From: an uncultured Eubacteriales bacterium
GTDB taxonomy: Bacteria > Bacillota > Clostridia > Christensenellales > CAG-138
NCBI GenBank assembly: GCA_902798825.1
Contig: CADBYI010000009.1
Span: 4,721 to 68,720 of the forward strand
Direction: 5' to 3'
DNA length: 64,000 nt
A model generated the notes under the pieces. That model ran no database searches, was not told the DNA's origin, and worked only from the letters and a program-made list of their open reading frames with translations. The translations under genes and the position numbers were made by a program. Position 1 is the stretch's first letter. Every line of letters starts with the position of its first letter. This document shows positions 45,608 through 54,483 of this stretch, one piece after another.

Positions 45608-45671
45608 GGATGTGTCCTTTCAAACAGCAGGAGGGGAGAGGACAGTCCCTGCCCTCTCCCTCGATTCAATT

Positions 45672-47644
45672 TCAGGCCTTCATGCCCCGGACCGCTTCGG
45701 CTACCAGCTCGTCGTCGGCCACATAGGGCATGGTGATATGATCCGTGCCGGCGTTCAGGCGGTTGTACTCCGCCGCGGTGGCCATGGCGTTCTCGTTCCG
45801 GGCCCAGCTGCGGCGGGCCACGCCCACCATGGTGTCCCAGGGCATGGCCATCCGAAGGATGGTGTCCACCCGCTCGGAGCCGTCCAGCACCATGCCGAAG
45901 CCCCCGTTGATGGCCCGGCCGATGCCCGTGCCGCCGCCGTTGTGGAGGGCGATGTAGCTCATGCCCCGGGCCGCGTTGCCGGCATAGCACTGGGTGGCCA
46001 TTTCGGCCATGATGTTGGAGCCGTCCTTGATGTTGGAGGTCTCCCGGAAGGGGGCGTCGGTGCCGCCGGTGTCGTGATGGTCACGGCCCAGGATCACGGG
46101 GCCGATCTCCCCGTTGCGCACCATTTCGTTGAACTTCAGGGCGATGTTCATGCGGCCCATGGCGTCCTGATAGAGGATGCGGCACTGGGTGCCCACCACC
46201 AGCTTGTTCTTCTTGGCGTCCCGGTGATGTATTCCGCGGCGGCCGCGTCGGTCTTGTCCAGATCCTCCGGGTTCCGGGAAAGGCAGCACCAGCGGAAGGG
46301 ACCGTAGCCGAAGTCGAAGAGCTGGGGCCCCAGGATGTCCTCCACGTAGGAGGGGAACACGAAGCCGTCCAGATCGTTTTCGCCGTTCTTGCAGACGCTC
46401 TTCACGCCGGAATCGTAGACGGCCTTCAAAAAGCTGTTGCCGTAGTCGAAGAAGTAGGTGCCCTTCTCGTGGAACTTGCAGATCATCTCATAGTGATGGT
46501 GCAATGTCTTGTCCACCAGCTTGCGGAAGGTGTCGGGATCCTTGTCCAGCATCTCGGTGCGCTCTGCGAAGGTAAGGCCCTGGGGGCAGTAGCCGCCGTC
46601 ATAGGGCACGTGGCAGGAGGTCTGGTCGCTCATAAGGTCCACATGGACGTTCTTCTCATAGAGGTACTCCAGCAGATCCACGATGTTGCCGTTGTAGGCC
46701 ACGGCGCAGGGCTCCCCGGCCTTCTGGTGATCGAGGGCGATCTGCACGGCCTCCTCCAGGCTGCCGGTCCGGTGGCTCACCCAGCCCTGGGTATAGCGGG
46801 TGTCGATGCGGGAGTCGTCCACCTCGGCGATGATGGAGGCGGCGCCGGCGATCATGGCCGCCTTGCCCTGGGCGCCGCTCATGCCGCCCAAGCCCGCGGA
46901 AACGAACAGCTTCCCGGCCAGGTTCTCATCGTTGGGGATGCCCAGCTTCAGCCGGCCTGCGTTCAGCAGGGTGTTGAAGGTGCCGTGGACGATGCCCTGG
47001 GGCCCGATGTACATCCAGCCGCCGGCGGTCATCTGGCCGTAGTTGGCCACGCCCAGGGCCGCCGCCCGGTTGAAGTTCTCCTGATCGTCGAAGGTGCCCA
47101 CCATGAGGCCGTTGGTGATGATGACCCGGGGGGCCAGCTTGTGGGAATGGAACAGGCCCAGCGGATGGCCGGACATGACCACCAGGGTCTGCTCATCGGT
47201 CAGGGCCTCCAGATACTTCTTGATGAGCCGATACTGCATCCAGTTCTGGCAGACCTGGCCGGTCTCGCCGTAGGTGGTGAGCTCGTAGGGATAGAGGGCC
47301 ACGTCGAAGTCCAGGTTGTTGTCGATCATGACCTGGATGGCCCGACCTTCGATGCAGTTGCCCTTGTACTCATCGATGGGCTTGCCGTAGAGCTTGCCGG
47401 CGGGGCGGAAGCGATAGCCGTAGATGCGGCCGTGCTCCTCCAGCTCCTGGGCGAACTCACGGGCCATCTGGGCGTGATGGTCGGGGTGGATGTACCGAAG
47501 GGCGTTCTTGATGGCCAGGGCCTTGTCGGCCTCGGTCAGATGGGACTCCCGGCGGGGGGCCCGGCGATAGCCCGGCTCCAGAGCGGGGTATTCAGGAAGA
47601 TCGTAATCCAGGGTAAGAGTTTCTGCCGTGTTGAGATCAGTCAT
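45672..47644 (-). pseudogene. hutU: Urocanate hydratase, reading frame disrupted near 46221-46240
   Basis: The N-terminal ~470 codons (MTDLNTAETL... to ...PEDLDKTDAAAAE) lie in the frame of ORF 46148-47731. The C-terminal ~183 codons (HHRDAKKNKLVVGTQCRILYQD...GRDHHDTGGTD...) lie in the frame of ORF 45672-46289. Total length is 1973 nt, which is not divisible by 3. Confidence 0.85.
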
Positions 47645-47700
47645 CCATGTGTCCTCTCTTTCGAAAGATATAAATGAAGAGTCAAATTGGCTTTTCCACC

Positions 47701-47728
47701 TTGTATTATACCGTACCTGTGATATAAT
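47701..47728 (+). promoter_or_regulatory. Sigma-A-type promoter of the LysR-family gene
   Basis: TTGTAT (47701-47706), 16-nt spacer ending in TGa, TATAAT (47723-47728). Confidence 0.45.
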
Positions 47729-47781
47729 CAAAAATATTTAGTCGGTATTTTTACAATACTTTTTGGGTATGGAGGTGTCCC

Positions 47782-48675
47782 ATGACCATTCGACAGCTGG
47801 AATACTTCTGCGCCACGGTGGAGGAGGGCAGCGTTTCCGCCGCCGCCCGGAAGCTCCACGTGGCCCAGCCCCCCGTCTCCCGGCAGATCGCGCTGCTGGA
47901 ACAGGAGTTCGGCACGATCCTGTTCCACCGGGGCAACAAGGGCATGAGGCTCACCGAAGCCGGGGAAAGCCTCTATCAGCAGGGGCGCCAGTACATCGCC
48001 GACATGCAGCAGCTGGCGGAGCAGGTCCGCTCCTTGGGCACCGGCGTCAGGGGCCTGGTCCGGGTGGGGCTGCTCTACTCCACCGTCCCCTATGCCCTGC
48101 CCTATCTGCAAGCCTATCACGCGGCCTACCCCCACGTGGAGCTGTACATCCGCCTGGGCTCCCCCCAGGATCTGATGGCGGACATCAACCGGGGCACCCT
48201 GAACGCCCTGTTCTTGCGCAGCGGCGTCCGGGAGACCCTGTCCCTCAGCGGCCGGGTGCTGGGGGACGACGAATTGAAGCTCATCGTCACCGCCCGGACG
48301 GACCCGGCCCCGGAGCTGGACGTGGTCCCCATCGAGCGGCTGCGAGGGGTGCCCATGTGCCTGTTGAGCAGCGACGATCTGTGGGGCTACAACGAGCCTT
48401 TGGTGAAGGAGTGTCAGCGCTGCGACTTCTCCCCCAACATCGTCTGCCAGTGCTACGACACCCCCATGGTCATGCAGCTGGTCCAATCGGGCTTCGGCGT
48501 CAGCTTCCTGCCCGAAACCATCGTGAAAACCATGCCCCGCTCGGGCATCTATACCAAGGGCATCGAGGGGCTGCGGGCCACCCTCTCGGTGGTGCTGGCC
48601 TGGGACAAAAACGCCTACCGTTCCGGCAGCGTGGAGCGCTTTTTGCACTTTCAGGAGAAGGACCAAAACCCCTAA
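47782..48675 (+). CDS. LysR-family transcriptional regulator
   Basis: MTIRQLEYFCATVEEGSVSAAARKLHVAQPPVSRQIALLEQEFG. Length is 297 aa. Confidence 0.9.
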   Translation: MTIRQLEYFCATVEEGSVSAAARKLHVAQPPVSRQIALLEQEFGTILFHRGNKGMRLTEAGESLYQQGRQYIADMQQLAEQVRSLGTGVRGLVRVGLLYSTVPYALPYLQAYHAAYPHVELYIRLGSPQDLMADINRGTLNALFLRSGVRETLSLSGRVLGDDELKLIVTARTDPAPELDVVPIERLRGVPMCLLSSDDLWGYNEPLVKECQRCDFSPNIVCQCYDTPMVMQLVQSGFGVSFLPETIVKTMPRSGIYTKGIEGLRATLSVVLAWDKNAYRSGSVERFLHFQEKDQNP

Positions 48676-48789
48676 AAAAAGAAGGCCGCGGCGGATAAGG
48701 AGCGAACGATGTTCATTAACACCGGCCGCCGACTGTGCTATGATAGGTATAATCCCAAGAAAAGAATCGAATATCAGGAGGAAACACCC

Positions 48790-49704
48790 ATGGCTAAACT
48801 GGTCGAGACCATCCCCAATTTCAGCTGCAGCCGCGAAAAGGATGAGGCTGCCTACAACGCCCTCGTCAAGACCGCCAACAGCGTCCCCGGCTGCACTCTC
48901 TTCGACGCCCAGACCGACGGCAACCACAACCGCTGCGTCTTCACCCTCATCGGCTCCCCCGAAGCCATCGAGGAGGTGGCCTTCCAGCTGACCAAGACCG
49001 CTTCCGAAGTCATCGACATGACCAAGCACCACGGCGAGCACAAGCGCATGGGCGCCACCGACGTGATCCCCTTCGTGCCCCAGATGGACGTCACCGTCCA
49101 GGAGTGCATCGAAATGAGCCGTCGCCTGGGTCAGCGGATCTGGGACGAGCTCAAAATCCCCTCCTTCCTCTATGAGGACAGCGCCACCCGGCCCGAGCGC
49201 CGGAATCTGGCCACCTGCCGCAAGGGCGAGTTCGAGGGCATGCCCGAGAAGCTCCTGCAGCCCGAGTGGGCCCCCGACTTCGGCGAGCGGAAGATCCATC
49301 CCACCGCCGGCATCACCGCCATCGGCGCCCGGATGCCCCTCATCGCCTTCAACTGCAATCTGGCTACCTCCGACGTGGAGATCGCCAAGAAGATCGCCAA
49401 GGCCATCCGCGGCTCCTCCGGCGGCTTCCGCAGCTGCAAGGCCATGGGCTTCATGCTGGAGGACAGGGGCATCGCCCAGGTGTCCATGAACATGGTGAAC
49501 TATGAGGACACGCCCCTCTTCCTGACCTATGAGATGATCAAGTCCCTGGCCGAGCGGTACGGCACCCGGGTCATCGAAAGCGAGATCGTGGGTCTCACCC
49601 CTGCCAAGGCCCTTATCGACTGCGCCGAATACTACCTGAAGGCCAAGGATTTCGACTGCAAGAACCAGGTGATGGAGTATCACCTGATCGACATGAACCA
49701 TTGA
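48790..49704 (+). CDS. Glutamate formimidoyltransferase
   Basis: ATG 48790 follows AGGAGGAA. MAKLVETIPNFSCSREKD (the PNFSEGR-type N-terminus), HHGEHKRMGATDVIPFVP. Length is 304 aa. Confidence 0.85.
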   Translation: MAKLVETIPNFSCSREKDEAAYNALVKTANSVPGCTLFDAQTDGNHNRCVFTLIGSPEAIEEVAFQLTKTASEVIDMTKHHGEHKRMGATDVIPFVPQMDVTVQECIEMSRRLGQRIWDELKIPSFLYEDSATRPERRNLATCRKGEFEGMPEKLLQPEWAPDFGERKIHPTAGITAIGARMPLIAFNCNLATSDVEIAKKIAKAIRGSSGGFRSCKAMGFMLEDRGIAQVSMNMVNYEDTPLFLTYEMIKSLAERYGTRVIESEIVGLTPAKALIDCAEYYLKAKDFDCKNQVMEYHLIDMNH

Positions 49705-49714
49705 AGGTGACGCC

Positions 49715-50347
49715 ATGAAGCTGTGTGATATGACCGTCACGGAATTCGTGAATACCGTGGCCTCCGACGCCCCCGCCCCCGGCGGCGGCTCCGTGGCCGC
49801 CCTGGCCGGCTCCATCGGCGCCGCCCTCACCGCCATGGTGGGGAATCTGACCCAGGGCCGGAAGAAGTACGCCGAATACGCCGCCTTCGCCGCCCAGGTG
49901 GAGACCAGGGGCAACCAGCTCAAGGCCCAGCTTTTGGACGTCATGGACCGGGACACGGAGGCGTTCCTGCTGGTCAGCAACGCCTTTGCCATGCCCAAGG
50001 CCACCGACGAGGAGAAGGCCGCCCGCTCCGCCGCCATCCAGGCCGGGCTCAAAGCCTGCACCAAGACCCCCATGGAGATGATGGAGCTGTGCGCGGACGC
50101 GGCCAAGCTGGCCGCCGATTTTGCGGACAACGGCTTTAACGACTCCTCCGCCAGCGATCTGGGTGTGGCGTTTTTGAGCCTGTCCGCCGCCATTCGGGGC
50201 GCCTGGCTGAACGTGCTCATCAACATCTCCTCCATCAAGGACCAAGCCTTCGCCGACGAGTACCGTCAAAAGGGCCAGGCCCTGCTGGACGCCACCCTCC
50301 CCCTGTGCGACGCAGGGTATGCCAAGGTGTTGGGGATGGTCCAATGA
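49715..50347 (+). CDS. Formimidoyl-THF cyclodeaminase-family protein
   Basis: FVNTVASDAPAPGGGSVAALAGSIG. It is a paralogue of 41542-42159 and sits adjacent to the formimidoyltransferase gene. Confidence 0.8.
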   Translation: MKLCDMTVTEFVNTVASDAPAPGGGSVAALAGSIGAALTAMVGNLTQGRKKYAEYAAFAAQVETRGNQLKAQLLDVMDRDTEAFLLVSNAFAMPKATDEEKAARSAAIQAGLKACTKTPMEMMELCADAAKLAADFADNGFNDSSASDLGVAFLSLSAAIRGAWLNVLINISSIKDQAFADEYRQKGQALLDATLPLCDAGYAKVLGMVQ

Positions 50348-50913
50348 CCCTGACCCACCTGACAGGCAAGGACTATACCACCACCCGCTGGTCCGGCGGC
50401 ACCACCACGGAGCTCCTCATTCGGCCCCGGGGCGCCGCATACGGCCAGCGGGCCTTTCTGTGCCGGATCAGCTCCGCCACGGTGGAGCTGGAGGAATCCA
50501 CCTTCACGGCCCTGCCGGACTACACCCGGCTCATCGCCACCCTGGAGGGGACCATCACCCTCGCCCACGACGGCGGCGAGCCCCTGACATTGGAGCCCTA
50601 TACGGTCCATACCTTCGACGGGGCCAGCGAAACGGTGTCCCACGGCCGATGCCGGGACTTCAATCTGATGCTCCGCAAGGGCCAGGCCACGGGGAGCCTC
50701 CGGGCCCTGCAGGTGACCGGGACCGTCGCCTGCCCCCTCTCCCCCGGCGCCCAAACGGCCCTGCTCTATTGCGCCGAGGGCCATTGCACCGCCGCAGGCG
50801 TCCGGCTTTCGCCCGGGGAAAGCCTGCTGCTGGAGGACGTGGACACGGACGCCCTCACATTGGAGGCCGCGCCCCAGGCCCGGCTCATGCTGGCCCAGGT
50901 CGGCCGTCTTTGA
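50344..50913 (+). CDS. hutD: HutD-family protein
   Basis: Starts at the internal ATG 50344, overlapping the upstream stop (ATGA). TTTRWSGGTTTELLIRP. Length is 189 aa. Confidence 0.65.
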   Translation: MTLTHLTGKDYTTTRWSGGTTTELLIRPRGAAYGQRAFLCRISSATVELEESTFTALPDYTRLIATLEGTITLAHDGGEPLTLEPYTVHTFDGASETVSHGRCRDFNLMLRKGQATGSLRALQVTGTVACPLSPGAQTALLYCAEGHCTAAGVRLSPGESLLLEDVDTDALTLEAAPQARLMLAQVGRL

Positions 50914-50929
50914 TCCCGTCATTCCTTCA

Positions 50930-51044
50930 GGAGCCCGCATCTGCGGGTTCCTTTTTGTTTTGCATGTTTTTCAATCCGTGGCAAAGCAAAGTAAGAAGAA
51001 AAACGAAAGGAAACGGAAGATGAAGCAAGCCGGCAGTGCCACGC
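50930..51044 (+). repeat. Direct repeat copy A (terminator hairpin, spoVAD 5' region and first 8 codons)
   Basis: About 90% identical to 52247-52362 by hand alignment. It includes ...gtaagaagaaaaacgaaaggaaacggaagATGAAGCAAGCCGGCAG(t/c)GCCACGC. The copy A ATG (51020) opens only a 29-codon ORF. Confidence 0.85.
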
Positions 51045-51232
51045 CCTTCCTCTACACCGGCTTCGGCCCCATCTCCTACCAAATGGAACGTGGCGCCCGT
51101 TACCTGTAAACTTCAGCTGAGATTTAGTCAAGTATGATTTACCAAATCGTACTTGACTATATTTTTATTGAGCGAATAGTCCTTGCCTCCGCAGGCGCTT
51201 TTGTGTACAATGGCAGGCAGGAGGAACAGCAT

Positions 51233-52189
51233 ATGGGGCGTGTTTCTAAAGAAAAGAAAAAACGGGTCTTCGAGATCATCCAAATCGGCAATAAGGAGGA
51301 TGGGCCCAGCCGGCTTTTCGATTATTTTATCGTGGCGGTGATCCTCTGCAACATCGCCGTCCTGTTTCTGGAGACGTTCGACGAGCTGGACGCATATCGG
51401 CCCCTCTTCAAGATGATAGAAAACGTGACCGTCGCCATCTTCTGCGCCGAGTACGCCCTTCGGATCTGGACGGCGGATCTGCTGTACCCGGAGGACACCC
51501 GGCCCCGGGCGGTGCGGCGGTTTTTGTTCTCCTTTGACGGGCTTGTGGACCTGCTCACCATTTTGCCGTTCTTCTTCCTGTCCGGGTTCGGGGCCTTCCG
51601 CATCCTTCGCGTCGCCCGCATCCTGCATCTGTTTCGCATCAACACACAGTACGATTCCTTCCACGTCATCACATCCGTCGTGAAGGAGAAGAAGAGCGCG
51701 ATCCTGTACTCGGTCTTTATCATTCTGGTGCTGGTGCTGGCCGCTTCGCTGAGCATGTACAGCGCGGAGCACGCGGCCCAGCCGGAGGTGTTCCGCAATG
51801 CGCTCACCGGCATCTGGTGGAGCGTTTCCACCGTGTTTACCGTGGGCTACGGGGACATCTACCCGGTGACCCTTCTGGGCCGGATCATGGGGGTGATCAT
51901 CACCTTCCTGGGCGTGGGCGCGGTGGCGATCCCCACCGGCATCCTCTCCGCCGGCTTTGTGGAGCATTACACGCGCCTGCAGCGCATGCAGGACGCGGAG
52001 GCGTACAAAAAGAGCACCGCCGCGATCCTGGTGGAGCCGAATTCCAGCTTTTCCCAGCGGACCATCAAAGAGCTGGAAACCATGCATCAGATCTGCACGA
52101 CGGCCCTGATCCGCGGGGATCTGGTGGTGATCCCGGAGGACAACGTGAAGGTCCAGCCGGGGGATGTGCTGATCTATATGAGGCTCTGA
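51233..52189 (+). CDS. Voltage-gated-type K+ channel with C-terminal RCK_C/TrkA_C domain
   Basis: ATG 51233 follows GGAGGAA. The S4-like segment is FRILRVARILHLFRI and the selectivity filter is TVGYGD. The C-terminus is ILVEPNSSFSQRTIKELE...VQPGDVLIYM. Confidence 0.85.
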   Translation: MGRVSKEKKKRVFEIIQIGNKEDGPSRLFDYFIVAVILCNIAVLFLETFDELDAYRPLFKMIENVTVAIFCAEYALRIWTADLLYPEDTRPRAVRRFLFSFDGLVDLLTILPFFFLSGFGAFRILRVARILHLFRINTQYDSFHVITSVVKEKKSAILYSVFIILVLVLAASLSMYSAEHAAQPEVFRNALTGIWWSVSTVFTVGYGDIYPVTLLGRIMGVIITFLGVGAVAIPTGILSAGFVEHYTRLQRMQDAEAYKKSTAAILVEPNSSFSQRTIKELETMHQICTTALIRGDLVVIPEDNVKVQPGDVLIYMRL

Positions 52190-52246
52190 CGGCCGCCCCG
52201 TCAGCAGATCGTTAACGAGGACCCAAATCCTTTTTGGAATACTTGG

Positions 52247-52362
52247 GGAGCCCGCAGTTGCTGCGGGCTTCCTTTTTGTTTCGCATAGTTTTTCGATCCC
52301 GTGGCAAAGTAAGAAGAAAAACGAAAGGAAACGGAAGATGAAGCAAGCCGGCAGCGCCACGC
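52247..52362 (+). repeat. Direct repeat copy B (functional spoVAD upstream region and start)
   Basis: See copy A. It contains a 9-bp terminator stem agcccgcag/ctgcgggct followed by a T-run, then the spoVAD RBS and ATG 52338. The offset between copies is 1318 bp. Confidence 0.85.
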
Positions 52363-53363
52363 TGCTTTTTGAGAACCGTCCCTATGTGCTCTCCGCCGCC
52401 AGCACGGCGGGCAAGGCCGAGGAAAAAGGGCCCTTCGGTCACGTCTTCGACGAGATCATGGAGGACGATCGGCTGGGGGAAAAGACCTTTGAGCTGGGGG
52501 AGCGAAAGATGCTGTTGAAGACCCTCCTCCGGGCCATGAAGCGGGTGGGCCTGTCCATGGAGGAGGCGGGCTGCCTGCTGGCCGGGGATTTGCTGAACCA
52601 GATCGTCACCGCCAGCTTCGCCGCCCGGGAGCTGGCCATCCCCTACCTGGGCCTCTACGGCGCCTGCTCCACCATGACGGAAGCGCTGCTTTTGGGGGCC
52701 GCCCTGGTGGACGGCGGCTACCGGGACAGGGCCCTGTGCGCCGCCTGCTCCCACTTCTCCACCGCCGAGCGCCAATACCGCTTTCCCCTGGAGATGGGCA
52801 CCACCGCCCCGCCTCACGCCCAGCGGACCGTCACCGGCGCCGGGGCCGTGCTCCTGGGCGCCGCGCCCCTCCCCCACACCGGCTTTCGCCACGTTCGCCT
52901 GGAGGCGGCCACGGTGGGCCGGGTCCTGGATTTGGGCATCACCGACGCCAACAACATGGGGGCGGCCATGGCCCCTGCCGCCTGCGACACCATAGAGCGG
53001 CATCTGACGGACAGGGGGATGAGCGAAGGGGCGTTCGATTGGATCGTCACCGGGGACCTGGGGGACTTTGGCAGCCGGATGCTGGCGGAGCTGTGGACGG
53101 AGGCGGGGCTCGATTTGAAGGGGCGGCACATGGACTGTGGCAGCATGATCTTCAGCCCCCAGCAGAAGTATAACTGCGGCGGCTCCGGCTGCGGCTGCAG
53201 CGCGGTGATGCTGGCCGGATACGTGCTGCCCCAGCTGGAAAAGGGGGCGGTGAAACGGGTGCTGTTTTTGTCCACAGGCGCCCTGATGAGCCCCCTCTCC
53301 GCCTGTCAGGGGGAGAGCATCCCGGGCATCGCCCACGCGGTGTCCCTGGTTTTTGAGGAGTGA
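52338..53363 (+). CDS. spoVAD: Stage V sporulation protein AD
   Basis: 341 aa, thiolase-like. FENRPYVLSAASTAGKAEEKGPFGHVFD and GLYGACST are typical of SpoVAD. Confidence 0.85.
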   Translation: MKQAGSATLLFENRPYVLSAASTAGKAEEKGPFGHVFDEIMEDDRLGEKTFELGERKMLLKTLLRAMKRVGLSMEEAGCLLAGDLLNQIVTASFAARELAIPYLGLYGACSTMTEALLLGAALVDGGYRDRALCAACSHFSTAERQYRFPLEMGTTAPPHAQRTVTGAGAVLLGAAPLPHTGFRHVRLEAATVGRVLDLGITDANNMGAAMAPAACDTIERHLTDRGMSEGAFDWIVTGDLGDFGSRMLAELWTEAGLDLKGRHMDCGSMIFSPQQKYNCGGSGCGCSAVMLAGYVLPQLEKGAVKRVLFLSTGALMSPLSACQGESIPGIAHAVSLVFEE

Positions 53364-53366
53364 AGT

Positions 53367-53732
53367 ATGGATTGGATCCTGTATGGAAAGGTGTTTTTGA
53401 TCGGCGGGCTGCTGTGCCTCTTTGGCCAGCTGGGCCTGTCCCTGACGAGGCTCACCACCGCCCGCATCCTGGTCGTCTATGTGACCGCCGGGGTCGTCCT
53501 GGGTGCCCTGGGCCTCTATGAGCCTTTGGTGGACTGGGCCGGCGCCGGCGCCACGGTGCCCCTGACCGGCTTTGGGTACGCCCTGTCTCAGGGAGCCAGA
53601 AAGGCCGTGGCGGAGCAGGGGCTGCTGGGGGCCTTCACCGGCGGCATCACCGCCACCGCCGGGGGCATCGCCGCCGCCATTTTGTTCGGCTATCTGTTCT
53701 CCCTGCTGGCCCGGCCCCAAACCAAGATGTGA
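53367..53732 (+). CDS. spoVAE: Stage V sporulation protein AE (SpoVAEB type)
   Basis: 121-aa membrane protein with VPLTGFGYALSQG and GGITATAGGIAAAI. It lies 3 nt after spoVAD. Confidence 0.8.
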   Translation: MDWILYGKVFLIGGLLCLFGQLGLSLTRLTTARILVVYVTAGVVLGALGLYEPLVDWAGAGATVPLTGFGYALSQGARKAVAEQGLLGAFTGGITATAGGIAAAILFGYLFSLLARPQTKM

Positions 53733-53742
53733 AGGGGCGGCC

Positions 53743-54483
53743 TCACAGGCGCTCCGCGTACTCGGACAGGCTCATGTCCGTGACCAGGCTGGGGGAGGAA
53801 AAGGCCAGCACCCGCCGGCTGCACAGGCTGTAGACGGCGCCGCGGCCCAGAATAAACTGGTCCGCCACCCCGATGCCCACCGCCTCCGCCGCGCTTTCGA
53901 TGCGCAGGGCCGCCGCCTCGTCCTCCCGGGAGGGCGTCACGTCCCCGGAGGGGTGGTTGTGGCTGACGGCGATGAAGCAGGCCTTGTGGACCAGGGCCGT
54001 TTCCAAAATGGGACGGGGATCGGCCAGCACCTCCGTGAGGGAGCCGGAGGAGACGACGCCCTCGTAGATGAGCTCATACCTTTTGTTGAGGCACACCAGC
54101 CGCAAGGTCTCATACCGATCGGACAGGGACAGGGCCAGCATATAGCCGCCCAGGGCCGACGGCGTCCCCAGGACGGGGCGCTTGCTTCGGCCGGAGAACC
54201 GCTGCAGCAGCAACCGCCGATCCACCTGCCCCAGGAGGCTCAGGAACACGGCGGCGGAAGGCCCGACGCCCGGGACCTGCTGCAGCTGCCCGGGGGAGGC
54301 GGAGAACACCTCCGTCAGGGACCCGAACCGTTCCAGCAGCCGATGGGCCAGGGGATTCACGTCCACCCGGGGCAGGGCATAGGTCAGCAGCAGCTCCAGC
54401 ACCTGATGATCCGCCATGCCCTCAATGCCGTTTTGCCGGAACGCGTCCCGCAGCCGGTTCCTATGTCCCGCGTGCTCGTTCAT
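53743..54483 (-). CDS. radC: RadC-family JAB/MPN-domain protein
   Basis: Starts at the internal ATG 54483 (MNEHAGHRNRLRDAF). There is an HhH region GVGPSAAVFLSLLG and a JAMM motif AVSHNHPSGDVTPSREDE. Confidence 0.85.
   Translation of the reverse strand: MNEHAGHRNRLRDAFRQNGIEGMADHQVLELLLTYALPRVDVNPLAHRLLERFGSLTEVFSASPGQLQQVPGVGPSAAVFLSLLGQVDRRLLLQRFSGRSKRPVLGTPSALGGYMLALSLSDRYETLRLVCLNKRYELIYEGVVSSGSLTEVLADPRPILETALVHKACFIAVSHNHPSGDVTPSREDEAAALRIESAAEAVGIGVADQFILGRGAVYSLCSRRVLAFSSPSLVTDMSLSEYAERL

Noticed and set aside
46234-46246. Overlapping SacII (ccgcgg) and NotI (gcggccgc) sites exactly at the hutU frame break. I considered a cloning or engineering scar.
   Set aside because: The string simply encodes Ala-Ala-Ala-Ala in a GC-rich genome. 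There is no vector-like flanking sequence, and chance occurrence is plausible.
51020-51109. 29-codon ORF (MKQAGSATPFLYTGFGPISYQMERGARYL) starting in repeat copy A.
   Set aside because: Its first 8 codons are just the duplicated spoVAD start, and the remainder has no recognisable features. It is best treated as a by-product of the duplication rather than a gene.
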